The notes: generated by a model from the letters alone, not told the origin. Positions 25,631 to 38,907 are shown, counted from the stretch's first letter. The stretch is DNA of 64,000 nucleotides from Isurus oxyrinchus (GCA_026770705.1 JANJGN010000014.1:93372001-93436000); one strand, 5' to 3'. A program made the numbers and translations.

Positions 25631-27466
25631 ATGGCCCCGAAAGGCAAAAAGACTGCAGCTCCCAGGTTCAATGATGTATCCCTCGAGCACGTTTTGGATG
25701 TAGTGGAGGCATGTCTGCAGGATGGGCAGCAACTTCACTAATCCAGCATGATAGGCAGTGGCAGCGGCAATGCCTTGCAAAAGAGGACAGCCACCCAGCG
25801 CCACAACAGGATGAATGGTCTCATCTATTCTGCCAGGAAGGCACCAATGAGATGGGATTGGGACAATACAGCTTGAGAAGCCGCCATTGTGGCCAGCGGG
25901 TAAAGCGTCCTTTTCCCACCTGCTACCACATTCAGTGCAAATCTGGGATGATTCCACCTACTGCTTTTGAATTAAAGGTGCTGTGAGAGGGTAAGTCTCT
26001 CTCCTCATCACTCTCAACTCACACACTCACAAACCTATCACACATCTACAAGGATCTCACACCTCAAGGGACAACACCACTAACTTTCACACACACTCTC
26101 ACATCTCCATCAGGCTCATACCCTCTGGAGGTTGCGTCCTCATCCCATCCATGGCTCCGGTCACCACACAAACATTCAACACAGTGCCATGTGTCCTCCT
26201 CACACTGTCTCCATCTGTTTTCATGCAGGAGAAACTGGCTCACAGCAGTAGGGAGAGGTCCCAGCCTGGGGGTGGAGTGGCCCACATTAGGCCCCTCACT
26301 CACTTTGAGGAGTGTGCCTTCATGCTGACTGTTGAGGACGTGGACTGTGCCAGCGGTGACAGTGAGGTCAGCGACCAACATCCTTATGAGGATCCTGCAC
26401 CACATCATCCTTCTCTCAAAGCAATTGTGAGTGATCCCTCTCTTGCTTTTACCTCTGCTGCCATGCACTAATTATCTCTATTTTAGTTCACAGGGAGCTC
26501 TGCCAAATGGCTGACACCCTCAGCCAGCCAGTCCCTCAGCTCCATCCACAATCTTATCTCCAGACAAAAAGACTCCTCCTTCATTGAAGAACTGGAAAAA
26601 AGCAGCCTGGAAGACCCGTCATAGTGCTTACAAACCACTCTCCACCAGAGACACACACCTCGGTGGGACCTAGATCTAGAGCAGGCTCGAGTTCAAAATC
26701 TGGTGGTCATGTCTGCAGCAGGAGGAGGCAGGTTCAGCTAAGCTTCCCAGGACTTGGAGAACTGCTGGTAAAGAGGCATCTGTGAGGTCGGAGTCAGGTG
26801 ATGAGCCTCTAGATTCGGCCCTCCAACTCATCCTGGAGAGTCAGCAGAAGGAGGGAGAACATCGCGCAGAGCCATTGGAAGCCCTCAACAAAGTGGCACA
26901 TGGAGTGTGTCTGCCTTCTCTCTGATGAAGCTGGTGCCCACATGTGCATGTATGGAGGTCTCCATGGAGAGGATTGTGGATGCTATGGAGAACCTGGTCC
27001 AGCAGAGCGTGGAGATGCACGCAGGCCTGCACTCCATCACAGTAGCCACGGGTGAGTTCCTGCAGTGGTAATGTGAGAGGAAAACAGGGCACCTTGACAT
27101 CCCCCCAGGTGCTCCTTCCCCTCAAGGAGTCAGGCTGAGGCCCTTGGGCACCTGAAGGGAGGAGGAATGGTAGCTGAACACCCCCGGATCATGCACTCAG
27201 GAATCTCAGAGGCTGTCTTCATTTTCCAAGTCCCCTTTGCCTGTGACCCCCTCAACCTTGTCCTCTGTCACCGCTGAGAGAACAGCTGGCCCACAGGAGG
27301 ACAGCCAAAGCAAGCCAGGGCCTGCAAGGCCTGCCTCTCCAGAGGATGCACCCCAAAGTCATCAGAAGCAACAGGGCCAACCATTGCACAGGCTGTCTCC
27401 ACCCCTGCTGCAGATGTCAGGGCAACACCTAGAAGTCTAAAGCGTGCAAAATTTAAGAAATTATGA
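25631..27466 (+). pseudogene. Harbinger Myb/SANT-like gene, 3 exons
   Basis: MAPKGKKTAAPRFNDVSLEHVLDVVEA; AG|EKLAHSSRERSQPGGGVAHIRPLTHFEE; exon 3 from about 26494. Confidence 0.78.
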
Positions 27467-27899
27467 TCATAGTTGGTTGCACGGGTGACACACATTTTGT
27501 CATTTTATAACATGAAATTATATTCACTTTCACTGAATAATGTGTAATGGTGTCTTTCAGCTTCATTGACAGGCTTCACGAGTCCTCCCACTGCTTCCCA
27601 CCTCAATAGCAGTTCAGCTACACGCAGCCGGCCCATGAATGATTCTGGAGGGAAAAGCATGTGTGTGGCAGGGCCTCTCAGAGCCTTGTGCAAACACTTT
27701 CACACATGCCGATCCTTCCCATATCACATTCATCTCAATGTCCTGAGCATTTTCAATGCTGCCTGCTGGAGTTCACTTTCAGTTGTCCATCTGAGCTGAC
27801 CTGCATCTCCGCCCACCCACTGATCACCACTCCATGCAGCACCTGTTCTCACCCACCACATCTCTCGTTTCATTTTTGATTTAGCTAGCATGGTAGTGC

Positions 27900-28850
27900 T
27901 ACAGTTTTCCTTGCACTCCCCCATCCTTTCCCCTCCCCCAGTCACCAATTTCCTTCCCCCATCACAGTTGACGCCCCCTCCCCCCAGCATCACCTTCCAT
28001 CTCCCCACTGTGACCTGCCAACCACAGCCCTTTTCTCTCGGGGATGCCCAGCAGAATGTATACCTTCCCTTCCTTCCCAAAAATCAACCCACATCCACAT
28101 TAACCTCCCAGACCTCCTCCTTCCCATCCCCAGGGTCTGTGACTGCCTCCGAGTCCCAGCAACCACCCTCACCGTCCCTTCTACCGATACCGTCGCACCC
28201 TCACTCTCCCACACTGCCACCTCACTCTGCCCTCAGTCATTCTCACCATTCCCTCCTACCATGTCCACCCTCAGTTCACTCCCCAGGAGGCAGTCATGGA
28301 CTCAACAGAGCCCTCCCTTGCATGTTCACCTGGACATCCCCCGCTCCAGATTCCTTCCCCATCTTGGAACTCCTTCCCCTCTTGGAACTCCTTCCCCCCT
28401 TGGAACTCCTTCCCCCCTTGGAACTCCTTCTACCAGCCCCCCAGACTCCCCACCCAATTTGAACACCTTCACCCCCCCAGACTCCCCACCCGGACTTCCC
28501 CCACTGCTTACTCCTTCCCCTCTCTGACTCCTTCCTCCCCCTGGGCTCCTTCTCCTCTCTGGACTCCTTCCCCACTCCAAACTCCTTCCCTAACACGTCT
28601 TCCCACCTTACGCCTACCTCCCCAGTTGCTGTCTTCTCTCCCATTATCCCATCCCCCCTGTATCCCTTCCCCCGAACCTCACCCCCCCAACACCTTCTTT
28701 CTGCCCTCCCAACCTTTCCCCTCGACACCTTTGTTCACCCTCTCCCAACCTCACCACCTTCCTCTCCCAGTCCATCCTAAACCTTTCTCTCCCAACCCCT
28801 GGTACATCTTCATCTCCCAAACACAGCCGGACCTTCCTATCCACCCCTTT
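27900..28850. repeat. C-rich low-complexity tract containing an 18-bp minisatellite (28363-28430)
   Basis: CTTGGAACTCCTTCCCC(T/C) about 3.8 times within pyrimidine-rich sequence. Confidence 0.85.
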
Positions 28851-29917
28851 GATGATTATCCGTTGTGTGCAGATCCTCAACGGTGACTATCCACACTCCG
28901 TGAGCCGCTTTGTGGTAGAGCCATGTCCGTAAAACTCAACCCAGCATGCGATGGATGTTCCTCCAGGGCCCAGTTGCTGCCAGGCTCCAGCATCTTCTGC
29001 CCTTCGGATGTCTGTGATGCAAGCATGGCCCTGACAATCAGTCCCAGCTTCTGCACGTCACACTTGTCAAGGTGTGTTCTGCACTGGCGTGTTTTCCCGT
29101 CGAGGTAGGCAGATGATCCAACGTGGGGGGACGATTCCGGCGGGCTGGGCTTATAATGATAAGCAGATATATTACAATAAGGTTCCTGATATCTGATGTT
29201 GGGAAATGTGGCCTGCCATTGTTGGGTTGAGCGGATGATTGCAAACTGCTTTCACAATGTCATGAAACTGATTTTTGGCCTTCTCGCCATATTGTCCACT
29301 CATGCCACCGAACACACCCAACGCCAGCGGGCATGGAAAATTGCATCTTATTTCTGCAAAAGCTTTGCTTCCCTTTTTGTAGAAAACAGCTCTTTTCCCT
29401 TCAAAATTTCTTAACCACCTAAAGAAAAACTAAAACTGTTCAATATTGGAATATTTCCACTTAGCTGTCCATGCTCCTCCAACACTTTGTACTCCTATAT
29501 CAGAAACAATACCATTTTGGCCAGCTGATATGTAAATGGTCTTTCATCAATAGCCTTCAACCCCTCTCTCCAATACAACCTAAATTGCTTTTCTCTGTTT
29601 TATTAATATTACTACAATGAGTGTTCCTCCAAACTTTCCTGCTCCTCTTATACTTCAAATATGCCATTTATATTCTCTGTCCTAAATCAACAAGATACAT
29701 TGTAGTTTTCTACTCCAGCTAATCCAGGGCCACAAAATCCTGTCACTCAATAATTTCATTCACTCTTTCCTTACTTCTACTATCTTTAGGTTCTTAAAAT
29801 CCGAATTTATTATCGCCTAATTGCTGCTTCTTCATTTACCCTGTCATCTTTTAATCTTACTAATGTATTATGCAGTGTTGAAATAATCAATTAGTAAATT
29901 ATAATTCTATTAATTTC

Positions 29918-30451
29918 TAAGGTGTGCATTTTCACATAAGCGCTTCCATTGGGTAGGAAGCAGGTAGAGTGAACCTGCTGCCTGTCTGATGGAAGTGGTT
30001 TGAGGCCCAACCAATATTCATGGTCCTGCATCATTATCATTCTTTCAGCAAAGTATGTAAGCACACTGGCGATTGGAGAGTGCCAAAATGAAGTAGATTC
30101 AACAGAGAGTCAGTTGCTAAACATGAGTTAAGGAGGAAAGGCAATCCGGACGGACGCTGGAAGTCAGGCATGTAGCAGGTCTGTAACTGTCTGAATCCAG
30201 GAGGAACATTAAGACAAGGTGAAACGTTAATGCTCTGATTGACACTGACAAAATTATTTGTAAGCCTTTTCTCAAGCTTTCTGATTTGCCTGCATTGATC
30301 CTTTTAAGGACTGCTGGTTGGCCGGTCAAAGCCAAGAACCGATGGGGGGATGTTTTTACTGGTACTAAGGCTCTAAGGTTGGAGATTTGCACTTCTATTT
30401 CAATCATGTTGTTGCTCTGTTCTCAGACAGTCGGCAAACAAAAATTGACCC
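29918..30451. mobile_element. Degenerate MITE-like element
   Basis: GGTGTGCATTTT at the left and AAAATTGACCCC at the right. Confidence 0.3.
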
Positions 30452-30529
30452 CTGATTAACTCTAGATCCCAAATGTTCATACATTTCTGTGTTGGTGCTG
30501 TGGGGCTTTGTCTCAGTTACAGTGAAAAG

Positions 30530-31461
30530 TGTAAGACCCTCTAGCCCTCACCCCTCACACCCCCTCACCCTCCACATGCTCCCCATGCTCCATCCATGCC
30601 ACCCCATGCCCTCCCACCCACCCTCTATGGCCCCTCTAGCAATGTCTAACCTTGGGCTTGGCTGTTTCAATGGTATAATGGATGCCTGAGCTCTCAGCTG
30701 AACCTCGTTGTGCATCTTCCCTGAGACCCCAGACATCTATTAGAGTGGTGAAACACATGAGCCTCAGGGAAAACATTGACTGGCAGCTCTGGCTCTCTGA
30801 TCTTTTCTGCCAATTGCACAATGTTTATTTACACACGGTAAAGAAGTTTCAAGTGCTTGCAGCTTCAGCCTTTGATACTTTAAATGGTCTGGATGATTGA
30901 CCTTTTTATTGACCTGTAGTAAGAAAGTGCAAAAGTAATCAATGAATAACATTTTTAAAGCTTTTTTTTATATATCCCATTGTCACTATAGGGTTCATTG
31001 ATTCTATACAATGCATTGTGGTTGAAAGAGCATGGAAGTTCCATGGTTTGGCATAGAGGTGCATGAGGGGCCATAGGGGTGTGGGGGCATGCCTCGGCAT
31101 GTGGTGGGAAGGTGGGGGGCGGGGGTGCATGAGAAGGTCCTTTTGAACTTACCTTTCAAAAGGTTCCTTCACACAGGCTATGGCTCACGATACCTTTGAG
31201 GTGCCATGAAACACAGTTCTTTGAAAAGCTAGCCTAGCTCCATGAAAATTGCAGAGGACTACGAGATGCCTATCCCTGCATTGGAGCTGGCCAGATCAGG
31301 AGTGCAGGGTGCGGGCCCATCACTCAAAGCAGCCTGCACCATTAAAAGGCGCTGCTGATAATTGAAAACCCTGTGAATGGGGTCAGGAATCCCAGAATTG
31401 GATCCCAGTTATCATTTTCACTCCTCCACTGAGTCTTTCGGACTCCATGAAAATCCAGCCT
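30530..31461. mobile_element. Non-autonomous element with inverted C-rich and G-rich CATGCC/GGCATG tracts
   Basis: Right end GAAAATCCAGCC; architecture like 1400-2333. Confidence 0.4.
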
Positions 31462-31525
31462 GTTATTTCTGTTACATTATAGAAATAAAAACAGAAAATG
31501 CTGGAACTGTTCAGCAGGTCAGGGA

Positions 31526-31876
31526 GAGGCAGAGAAGCATTACTATAGGAGTCATGCCTCTACAAGGGCGGTGGTAGAGAGCACCATAGGTCTTCTCAAG
31601 ATGCGCTTCTGATGCCTGGACTGTTCTAGGGGAGTACTACAATACCCCCTAGAACGTGTGTCACTGATAGTGGTTGCATGTTGCGCTCTCCCCAATCTGG
31701 CACTGGCAAGGAGGTCTCACTGGAGGAAGGGGATCTTAATGCAGCTGCACAAGCCACAGAGAGTCAGGAGATGAGCACGGTGAGGAGAACGCTGAGGGCA
31801 TGGAGCCAGGCCTCAGTAACCTGCAGGGAGGCAGGGACACTAGGGATGCCTTGATCCAATGCTCCTTCAGCTTCTA
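31526..31876 (+). pseudogene. HARBI1-type transposase C-terminal fragment
   Basis: [49 protein letters not shown]. Confidence 0.88.
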
Positions 31877-32187
31877 ACATATGCCAGGTCTGTCTCCTCC
31901 ATCCTGGATGTCTGAAAGGACCTTTTCATTTGAACACAAAGAATACTCAGTGCCTGTGCAATAAAGCTCAGAGCCATTTACGTCCAGCATCACACACTGG
32001 TGTACCCTGCACCAATAAAATAAAAAGGTGAAGCATACTCAGGCCATTATAACACTATCTCATTTTGACAATTCCAAACCATTTACATAATCTTCACTGG
32101 TCTTTATTCCTAGACCAGTATAGGTAAAGTTAGCATAAATGAACATAAAATCACCTGTGACCTGTCCCTCTTGTGCTCATGGTGTCT

Positions 32188-33992
32188 TTAACTTGCATTT
32201 GCGAGTGTTACATCTAGGTGCTCTCCCCTCGCTGGCACCGCCATTGGAGTCAGCCTGCTGACTTGTTGGCCTTGATGATCTCGCTGGTCATCCTCCGGTC
32301 AGTGGAGCCTGTGCTGGCCCTGCCTGGGAGGGAGCGGCCAGTACCATGCCTGGCATCTCCGCAGTCATTGCAGCCTCATCAGATGCCACAGTCAATGAGT
32401 TACGGGCGGAGGAGCTGCTGCCATCATCCAGCGCACCCTGAAATGGGCCCACAGAGACGACAGGCAGCTTGTGCGCCAATGTGAGGTCATTCTCGACTTC
32501 CCTGCATACCATTGATGGACGGGCACCTAGCTGGGAAGCTGGGTGCCTCATCTATCTCCCATACTGACTGTGATCACCAGTGCCTGTGTGAGGACTGAGC
32601 ATAACCCCAGGAACTTTTCATTCTGTCCCTGGAGCTGCCTCTTCATGAGAGTCACCACTCTTCCAATAGAGGGGGCACTGCGCTCACCCATGATGGTCAA
32701 GGCAGTGCTCATGCTCCACATGGACTCTTCCACCATGGAAATGATGGCACGCGGACCCTTGTGGATCTCCCCCAGATCCTCCCACACATCTTGCTGGACA
32801 TCCAGCATCTGCCATCCATTGGACGACTCCAGAGGCTCATTATCAGCCTTCTACTGAGCACTGTCCTGAGCAGTCTTCCAACTGCCGGCCCCCTGGGCAC
32901 TCTCTGCCTCTGCCTGCACCTCAAGCGACTGTGAAGTGCTCTCACCGCTGTGCTGTACTAGCCGCTGCTCTAATGCCCACTGAGGCACTGGTGCCTGCTT
33001 CAGAGACCGGGTGTGACACAGGTGAAAATGACACCCTCTAGTGGGTGGTCCTCTAGTGTCAAGGAGGCCTTTTGGGGTCTGCAGATCGGGCACCTGCTGG
33101 CAAGCTTAAAAGGGAGAAGATGAACATGTCATGAGTTTAAGTCAACACACTGTCACTGTGCATGCCAGGCATCCTGGTGAGACAATGGAGACCTGCATCA
33201 CGGTGCCATCGTCTTTGAATAATCAATGGGGTCTCCAAATCTGAGGCTCCCATCAATGAGGAGATTACACTATAATGGTTGCACAATCAGAAAGTCTCAC
33301 TTCTGTGCATTGCGCCCTTACCTTCGTCTGGCAACCCGCCTCTCCACGCCAGTTTGCATGGCAAGCGTGTTGGCTCTCCAACTCCAGGGTCTCCTGCCCA
33401 AACTAGGAGAGCAGCAACAGGTTGGACGAGCCTCCGCCTGTACGTGCCCTCTCGGCTTGGTTATGGCTCGTCTTCCCCTGAAAGGACAGAGGAACACGGA
33501 TTAGTCCACACTCTACCTGTAGCACCATTGCAGCCTGGCTAACCCTAGCTGAGGAACACCTCATAAGGCATATCCGAATCATGACCCTTGAACCGCAAGG
33601 CACTCAGTTCAAGCAGCCAGGGCTCACCCATTTGGTCAGCTCCAGCATCGTTGACAGTTGGCACTCAGACTCTAGGCTGGGGGACGGCCACACCTTAACA
33701 CTTCACTGATCCATGCCAACACGGTACTCAACCTTCCTGAATGCAACAGGTCATTGAAGCGCTTCTGGGACTGCACCCGTGTGCAGCACACCACATCAAG
33801 GCGGCTACCTCCTCCCATGCCAGATTGGCGAGGTGTGGTGACCTCCTCCTCCCATCTCTGGGGACAAGGGTGTCCCTCCTGGCAGCCACCTCTTCCAGGA
33901 GAACAGCGGGGCACTCATCAGAAAAGCAGGGGGGTTGAGTGCCCACCCAAGCTGCCGTCCCGCTTGGCGTTTGCAGCCACACTTGTCTCCAT
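32188..33992 (-). pseudogene. Harbinger Myb/SANT-like gene remnant
   Basis: PCFSDECPAVLLEEVAARRDTLVPRDGRRR..AWEEVA..VQSQKRFNDLL; the last exon contains MLDVQQDVWEDL. Confidence 0.75.
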
Positions 33993-35699
33993 TGGCAGAC
34001 AGATGTCCTTCACTGACAGCCTTTCTGGGGCTGCCTGGGCCGTTTTCAAACCAGCTGCCAGGTTGGCATTGGACCCAGCGGCCGACAGACCCCTGCCCCG
34101 CTCAGCTCTTCCCAACCAGTGCGGGCCTTAATTGGCTCCCCCAGCGTGAAATTGCAGCCGGGGCGCGCCCACAGGTGGTGGTGGATTTCGCGGCCATTCC
34201 TGGGCCTGCCTGCCACGCCCACCTGAGGGGAAGGTCCTGTCCGTGGACTCAGGCCTTTGAATTTATTGCTTTGGAATGGCAGAAGTTTTTGAACATTATA
34301 TTTAGAATTTCTTTTTGTAGTTAGGTGAAAGGAGATAAAGATGCGTGATTCATCTAAATGATATTTGGAATATTATTAAGTTTAACAGCTCACAGAAATT
34401 AACAGGCAGTTAACATCTGTAGATTACATTTGAAGGTGCTACCTTGCAAAATCATAAAGGTGTAAGAAGCTAAATTGCTGCCTGGGAGGGAAGGCATGAT
34501 TTCTGCAGGTTCTTCATTCCAAGTTGGTGGGTAAAACAATGTTCTAAAACCACATTTTTTTGTGAAGGTGCCATGCTCCTCTAAGCAAATCTGATCATTA
34601 TCCAAATTGTTTCCAAATCTGTAATAATGGTTCAATTATGCAAGCACAAGTCATGATCAGCAGTAGCTGTAGGAAGTGACTTTGCCATTAAAATTAGTGA
34701 ACATCATTCACAGTAACCATTAAAGTCAACTTTTGCAAAGCAGGAGGGTCAAACTTTTCCTATCTAAATTGGCATTAATATTAAACTACAACATTGTTCT
34801 GAATAAGGTCACGTGTAAAAACAGTAAGAATCATTAAACACAAGGATAATGAGACCAGCACAATCAGATTGTGTTTCAGGCAGTTACACTTAATTTAACT
34901 TCCACATCAATATTCCTTACGTGCTTTTATTTCAGAAATGCACTTTTGCTCTATTATTTATATATTTTCACTGTGCTGATTGTGAAAGTGCCATCAGGTT
35001 ATCATGATTTCATTTTTCTTTCTCAGTGCATGCATGCCCCATCAGCACTATTCCCCAGCTAAGAAGGTAACTAAGCAACCTATCCCCACCCTGTTGGCAA
35101 CACTATTTTGAATCAGGCCATCTGGAGGGACAAAAAGGTGTACTGATTTAATTTGCCATATGATTTACTCCCTCCTTGTGGGGAACTGTGGGAACCTCCT
35201 GCAACATCTTGATCTTGGATAAACATTGGAATGAGTCCATGGTTGCTTATTAAATGCACTTGAAATAGCCAAAGCAAAGCTTCCCATGGCTTTGAAACAA
35301 TATTCCAAACACTGCTGTATGGGTCCCTATCCCCCTGTCCCCAGTACAATTGCAGGATGAACCATCACTTTCTGACTTTATATTGGCTTTGAGGTGTTTT
35401 ATGTTGCCATCGCCTGCCCAGATAAACTCATGAAGTACCTATCTTTGTCACATTCAAGTTTAAGCTCCTTCTGTTTCCTTTTGATGTTACCCAATATACC
35501 TGATGAAATGTCCTGCTATCAGGCTATTAAGCTGCATAAAAACAACCTACCTGGTGATTTTTTTAAGTACTTTAGCTTCTGAAAAATAAAGTATAATGTT
35601 TTTGCATTATATTTCATGAATGTAAGGCTACATATTCTACCTAAGCTTAGTCACTGGGTGGGAAACCTAGCACATACATATTAAACGTTAATTAAGGAA

Positions 35700-36150
35700 G
35701 GAAAGAAATAATTTCCTCTTTTATAATACCCTAATGCATCTTAAAAACATTTGAAATTGTTTTGCACTGCATGAATTTTGAAGTATAGTCAATGTTTTCA
35801 CAAATGCAAATGAGGCAGACAATCTTTATACACTGAAGGTCCAAAATAGCAAATGAGTTAAATAATTAATCACTTTGATTTTGCTTTTTTGCTGTTATAG
35901 CGAAATGTTTGTCAGGCCATCATGAGAATTCCCTGTTCTTTAAATAGCACCATGGGATCTCTGACATCTACTTGAAGAAGCTGAACAAGCAGATGAAGCC
36001 TCGTTGTAATGTATCATCAAAAGACAGCACTTCAAACATTCCCTCAGCACTGAATTGAAGTTTTGACCTAGGTTATACTCTGAAGCCTCAGAAGGAGCTT
36101 GAATACAGGCCTATTGTATTAAAACACAACAGTGAACCAAGCTAATGCTT
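35700..36150 (-). mobile_element. Deu-domain SINE (SacSINE1-like)
   Basis: AAATAGCACCATGGGATCT..GCCTCG..CATCAAAAGACAGCAC..CCCTCAGCACTG is the reversed Deu core, with an L2-like tail at the left. Confidence 0.65.
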
Positions 36151-38715
36151 TGATAGCTAATGCAATGACAACATATAAGCATACTTTTTTTTATATTTGT
36201 GGAAAACTTTAATGTTGTAACGTTCTGGAATTGGAACACCAATATGTAATTCTATAGTTATTCATGCCTTACACTATCTGCCCCAAATTCCATGAAATTT
36301 TAGTGCACTGATCTTGTACAGTTGTTATGCTATCATACCATTATCCCCTAAAATTAAGTATAGCATCCTGCATTATACATGTAGTATTCTGGGATGTTAG
36401 GTGAGAGACTTTTCACTATTCCAAGTATACTTAACTGTACTGGCAAGTTTACATGCAATTTAATGTCATATTCTCTATTATAATGCATACATACAACACT
36501 GTAAATAAGTATAATGAGAAATAGGTTGCACTGGTCTCCAGTAGGGGAGAGAAATATGCTAAAAGCAAACAATTAATCTTACAGAATTTTATCTTTGACA
36601 GGCCACTAATCATTGCAAAGTATTGATTCATAATTGTGAAAAAACAGTCATATTCCTTATGTTCCTCTCTATTTGAAAGATAATGGAAGGAACCAATGGA
36701 TTATATAATAATGTAATGTATTCAAATTAATGATATACAAATTATGAATGATTGGGAGTATTGTATCATTAAAATAGATGTATTCTTACTGTTATGCACA
36801 TAAAACAGAAACAAATGGGAGAATTTGAAATGAAGACGAATGCAAACTACATAAAGCACTAACTTGAGAAAAAAAATGTTGTTCACACTTCATAAAGAAA
36901 CAAGAAATGCAAGAATGAAATTACATGGTAAAAGGCTTTTGTATTTTACATTAAATCACTGCAAATATATTCACCAATTTTTATTGCTGACTTTAATAAT
37001 CCAAAATAAACAGAAAAACATTATAATCTTCATTTAAAGCACTGTAGAATTGAATTGACACTCCAGCAAAAGGACAAAATCTCCAAAAAAGCTATCTTAC
37101 AAATAGAATAGGTATGTTTAAAGTGGTCAGTGGTATATGATACTTTGATTAAATTACTGAAAATGGTAATTGACTCTTTTTGTTGTTTTGGTGAAACCTT
37201 GTGTCTTTAACACCTCTTTTTACAGTGACCAATGCATACCTTAAGAGACATGCATACTCACCTTAGGATTTTTTAAAAAACACAGTCAAAGTGGCCTTAG
37301 CAATCACATGAACAAATGAAATGTCAGTCTATGTGAGGAACAGCTTGGAAGCTAGCCATCCTTGCTGACATAGATGAATGAGATTATACATGTTTAATGA
37401 CATGAGGATCAAAAGGCAAGCACGCACAGACCAGACATGATGAGCCTTATTTTCTTTGATTTTGTGTGTTTATCTTTCATAGCAGTATAAATGTAGAATA
37501 AGATGTACTTATACCTCCCCCCATCAAATGAAACATTTGCTTATTAATGACAGCAGTGGAAGAATGCGGGGGGGGGTCCAAACATTATTAACAGACTGTA
37601 GAATATTAGAAAACTATAAGCATAAACAAACCCTCACTGTACACAAGGCTTATAATCTGCCTTCATTGGCTACTCTGACTGGAAGTAGTGTTTTACTTCT
37701 TAATCAAATAGAATGAATCAAACCCATTAGTTTAACTGACACTGCAATTAAAGGATCATCCTCTTTTTCCAGACACAATTGGAATGAATCTGAACTTTTG
37801 ATGAAGTACGAAAACGTTATTTTTTGGAGGCAGGATCTTCTATTCTGACACAGTAATATAAATCTCATAGCTTAAACAACATTGCAGTCTCAAAATAGAA
37901 CCCTGTTATTGCGAAAGAATGAACCAGAGTGTCAGTCATACTTATCCTTATGGTGTAGACAGGGTTTTGACTCAGGCCATGATGACTTTGATTATCTGTT
38001 CTTCTGTTAATCCTGACCCGGCTGGGTTGGAAGAACAGCATAACTTGGATCCGAGTTGGGAGAGCAGTATGAAACTGGGCTGGGACAGCAGTGGCATTTG
38101 TTTGGGAAACCATGTTGGAATAATAGATTGGTTAGAAATCAGTAAAAGTTAGTCATTGATGAAATGCAAGAGCTTTTATTGTAATAATTATTATAGAACT
38201 CCTTTCATTTTAAATAGTTGCAAATACTTTCTAAATCAATTTTCAAAATTCAGCAGTTCCTGTTACATAGCAAGTCTTTACAATCTTATCTAAACCACTT
38301 TGGCAAAATACAGTAAACCATTTAATGGACAGGTAACAATATTCTTTGGCATCTCAAGTTTAATAATGTAAAGCTTCCATTTTTTTTGAATTCTAGGTTG
38401 TGATGTGAAACTTTCAAGGTTTTGACATATCAAATGCAATATTTGCCTTGTCCTAATTTGCAAAAATATCATCCAGCACTCCACAGGGGCAATGCAACTT
38501 TCATTAGTTATAGTGGAAGAGAGACAAAATTGGGGCTCCCCTCTGTTCTTGCAAATACTTAATATTTCATAATTGAATCACTAAATAAAATATTGCAATA
38601 AAATATAAAACCCGTTCATATACTCATACATGCAAACTAATGCAATCTGTAAACAAAATTTTCTTTCAATGGTATGTGACCTCCACAAACAAATTTAAGC
38701 TCCACCTGTGACATT

Positions 38716-38907
38716 GGCCAGGACTCTCCGTGTCGGGTGTGTTTGGTGGTGTGAGCGGACAGTATGGCACGATTGGTTTCATGATGTCGTGAAACCAGTC
38801 CGCAATCGTCCGCTCATGGTCGGGCCTCAATTGCGGCTGGTGGTCCATTCCACGGCTGCTCCTGAGCCCGCCCACTGCACCCACCCAATGAAGGGAAAAT
38901 CCTGCCC
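38716..38907. mobile_element. Mini-MITE with ends from two Harbinger families
   Basis: The left 100 bp match the reverse complement of 50125-50237; the right 90 bp match 20850-20941. Confidence 0.6.

Larger units (their letters stand above)
25356..29347 (+). mobile_element. Harbinger family-1 derivative with a Myb/SANT gene but no transposase
   Basis: Both subterminal regions match 7879-8095 and 18600-18859. A C-rich low-complexity block sits where the transposase would be. Confidence 0.8.
31525..34242 (-). mobile_element. Truncated Harbinger family-2 element
   Basis: Convergent transposase 3' end (+) and Myb/SANT gene (-); degenerate TIR GAAGGTCCTGTCC. Preceded by a Penelope-arm fragment at 31481-31522. 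Confidence 0.75.

Noticed and set aside
28363-28430. CRISPR-like repeat array
   Set aside because: Contiguous 18-bp units with no unique spacers and no cas genes, in eukaryotic context.
27890-28886. Long Pro/Ser-rich ORFs (190 and 196 aa)
   Set aside because: They are artefacts of C-rich low complexity, with open frames on both strands, inside a transposon derivative.
37865-38152. Overlapping 77-aa and 82-aa ORFs in a unique region
   Set aside because: No recognisable homology and no convincing splice boundaries.
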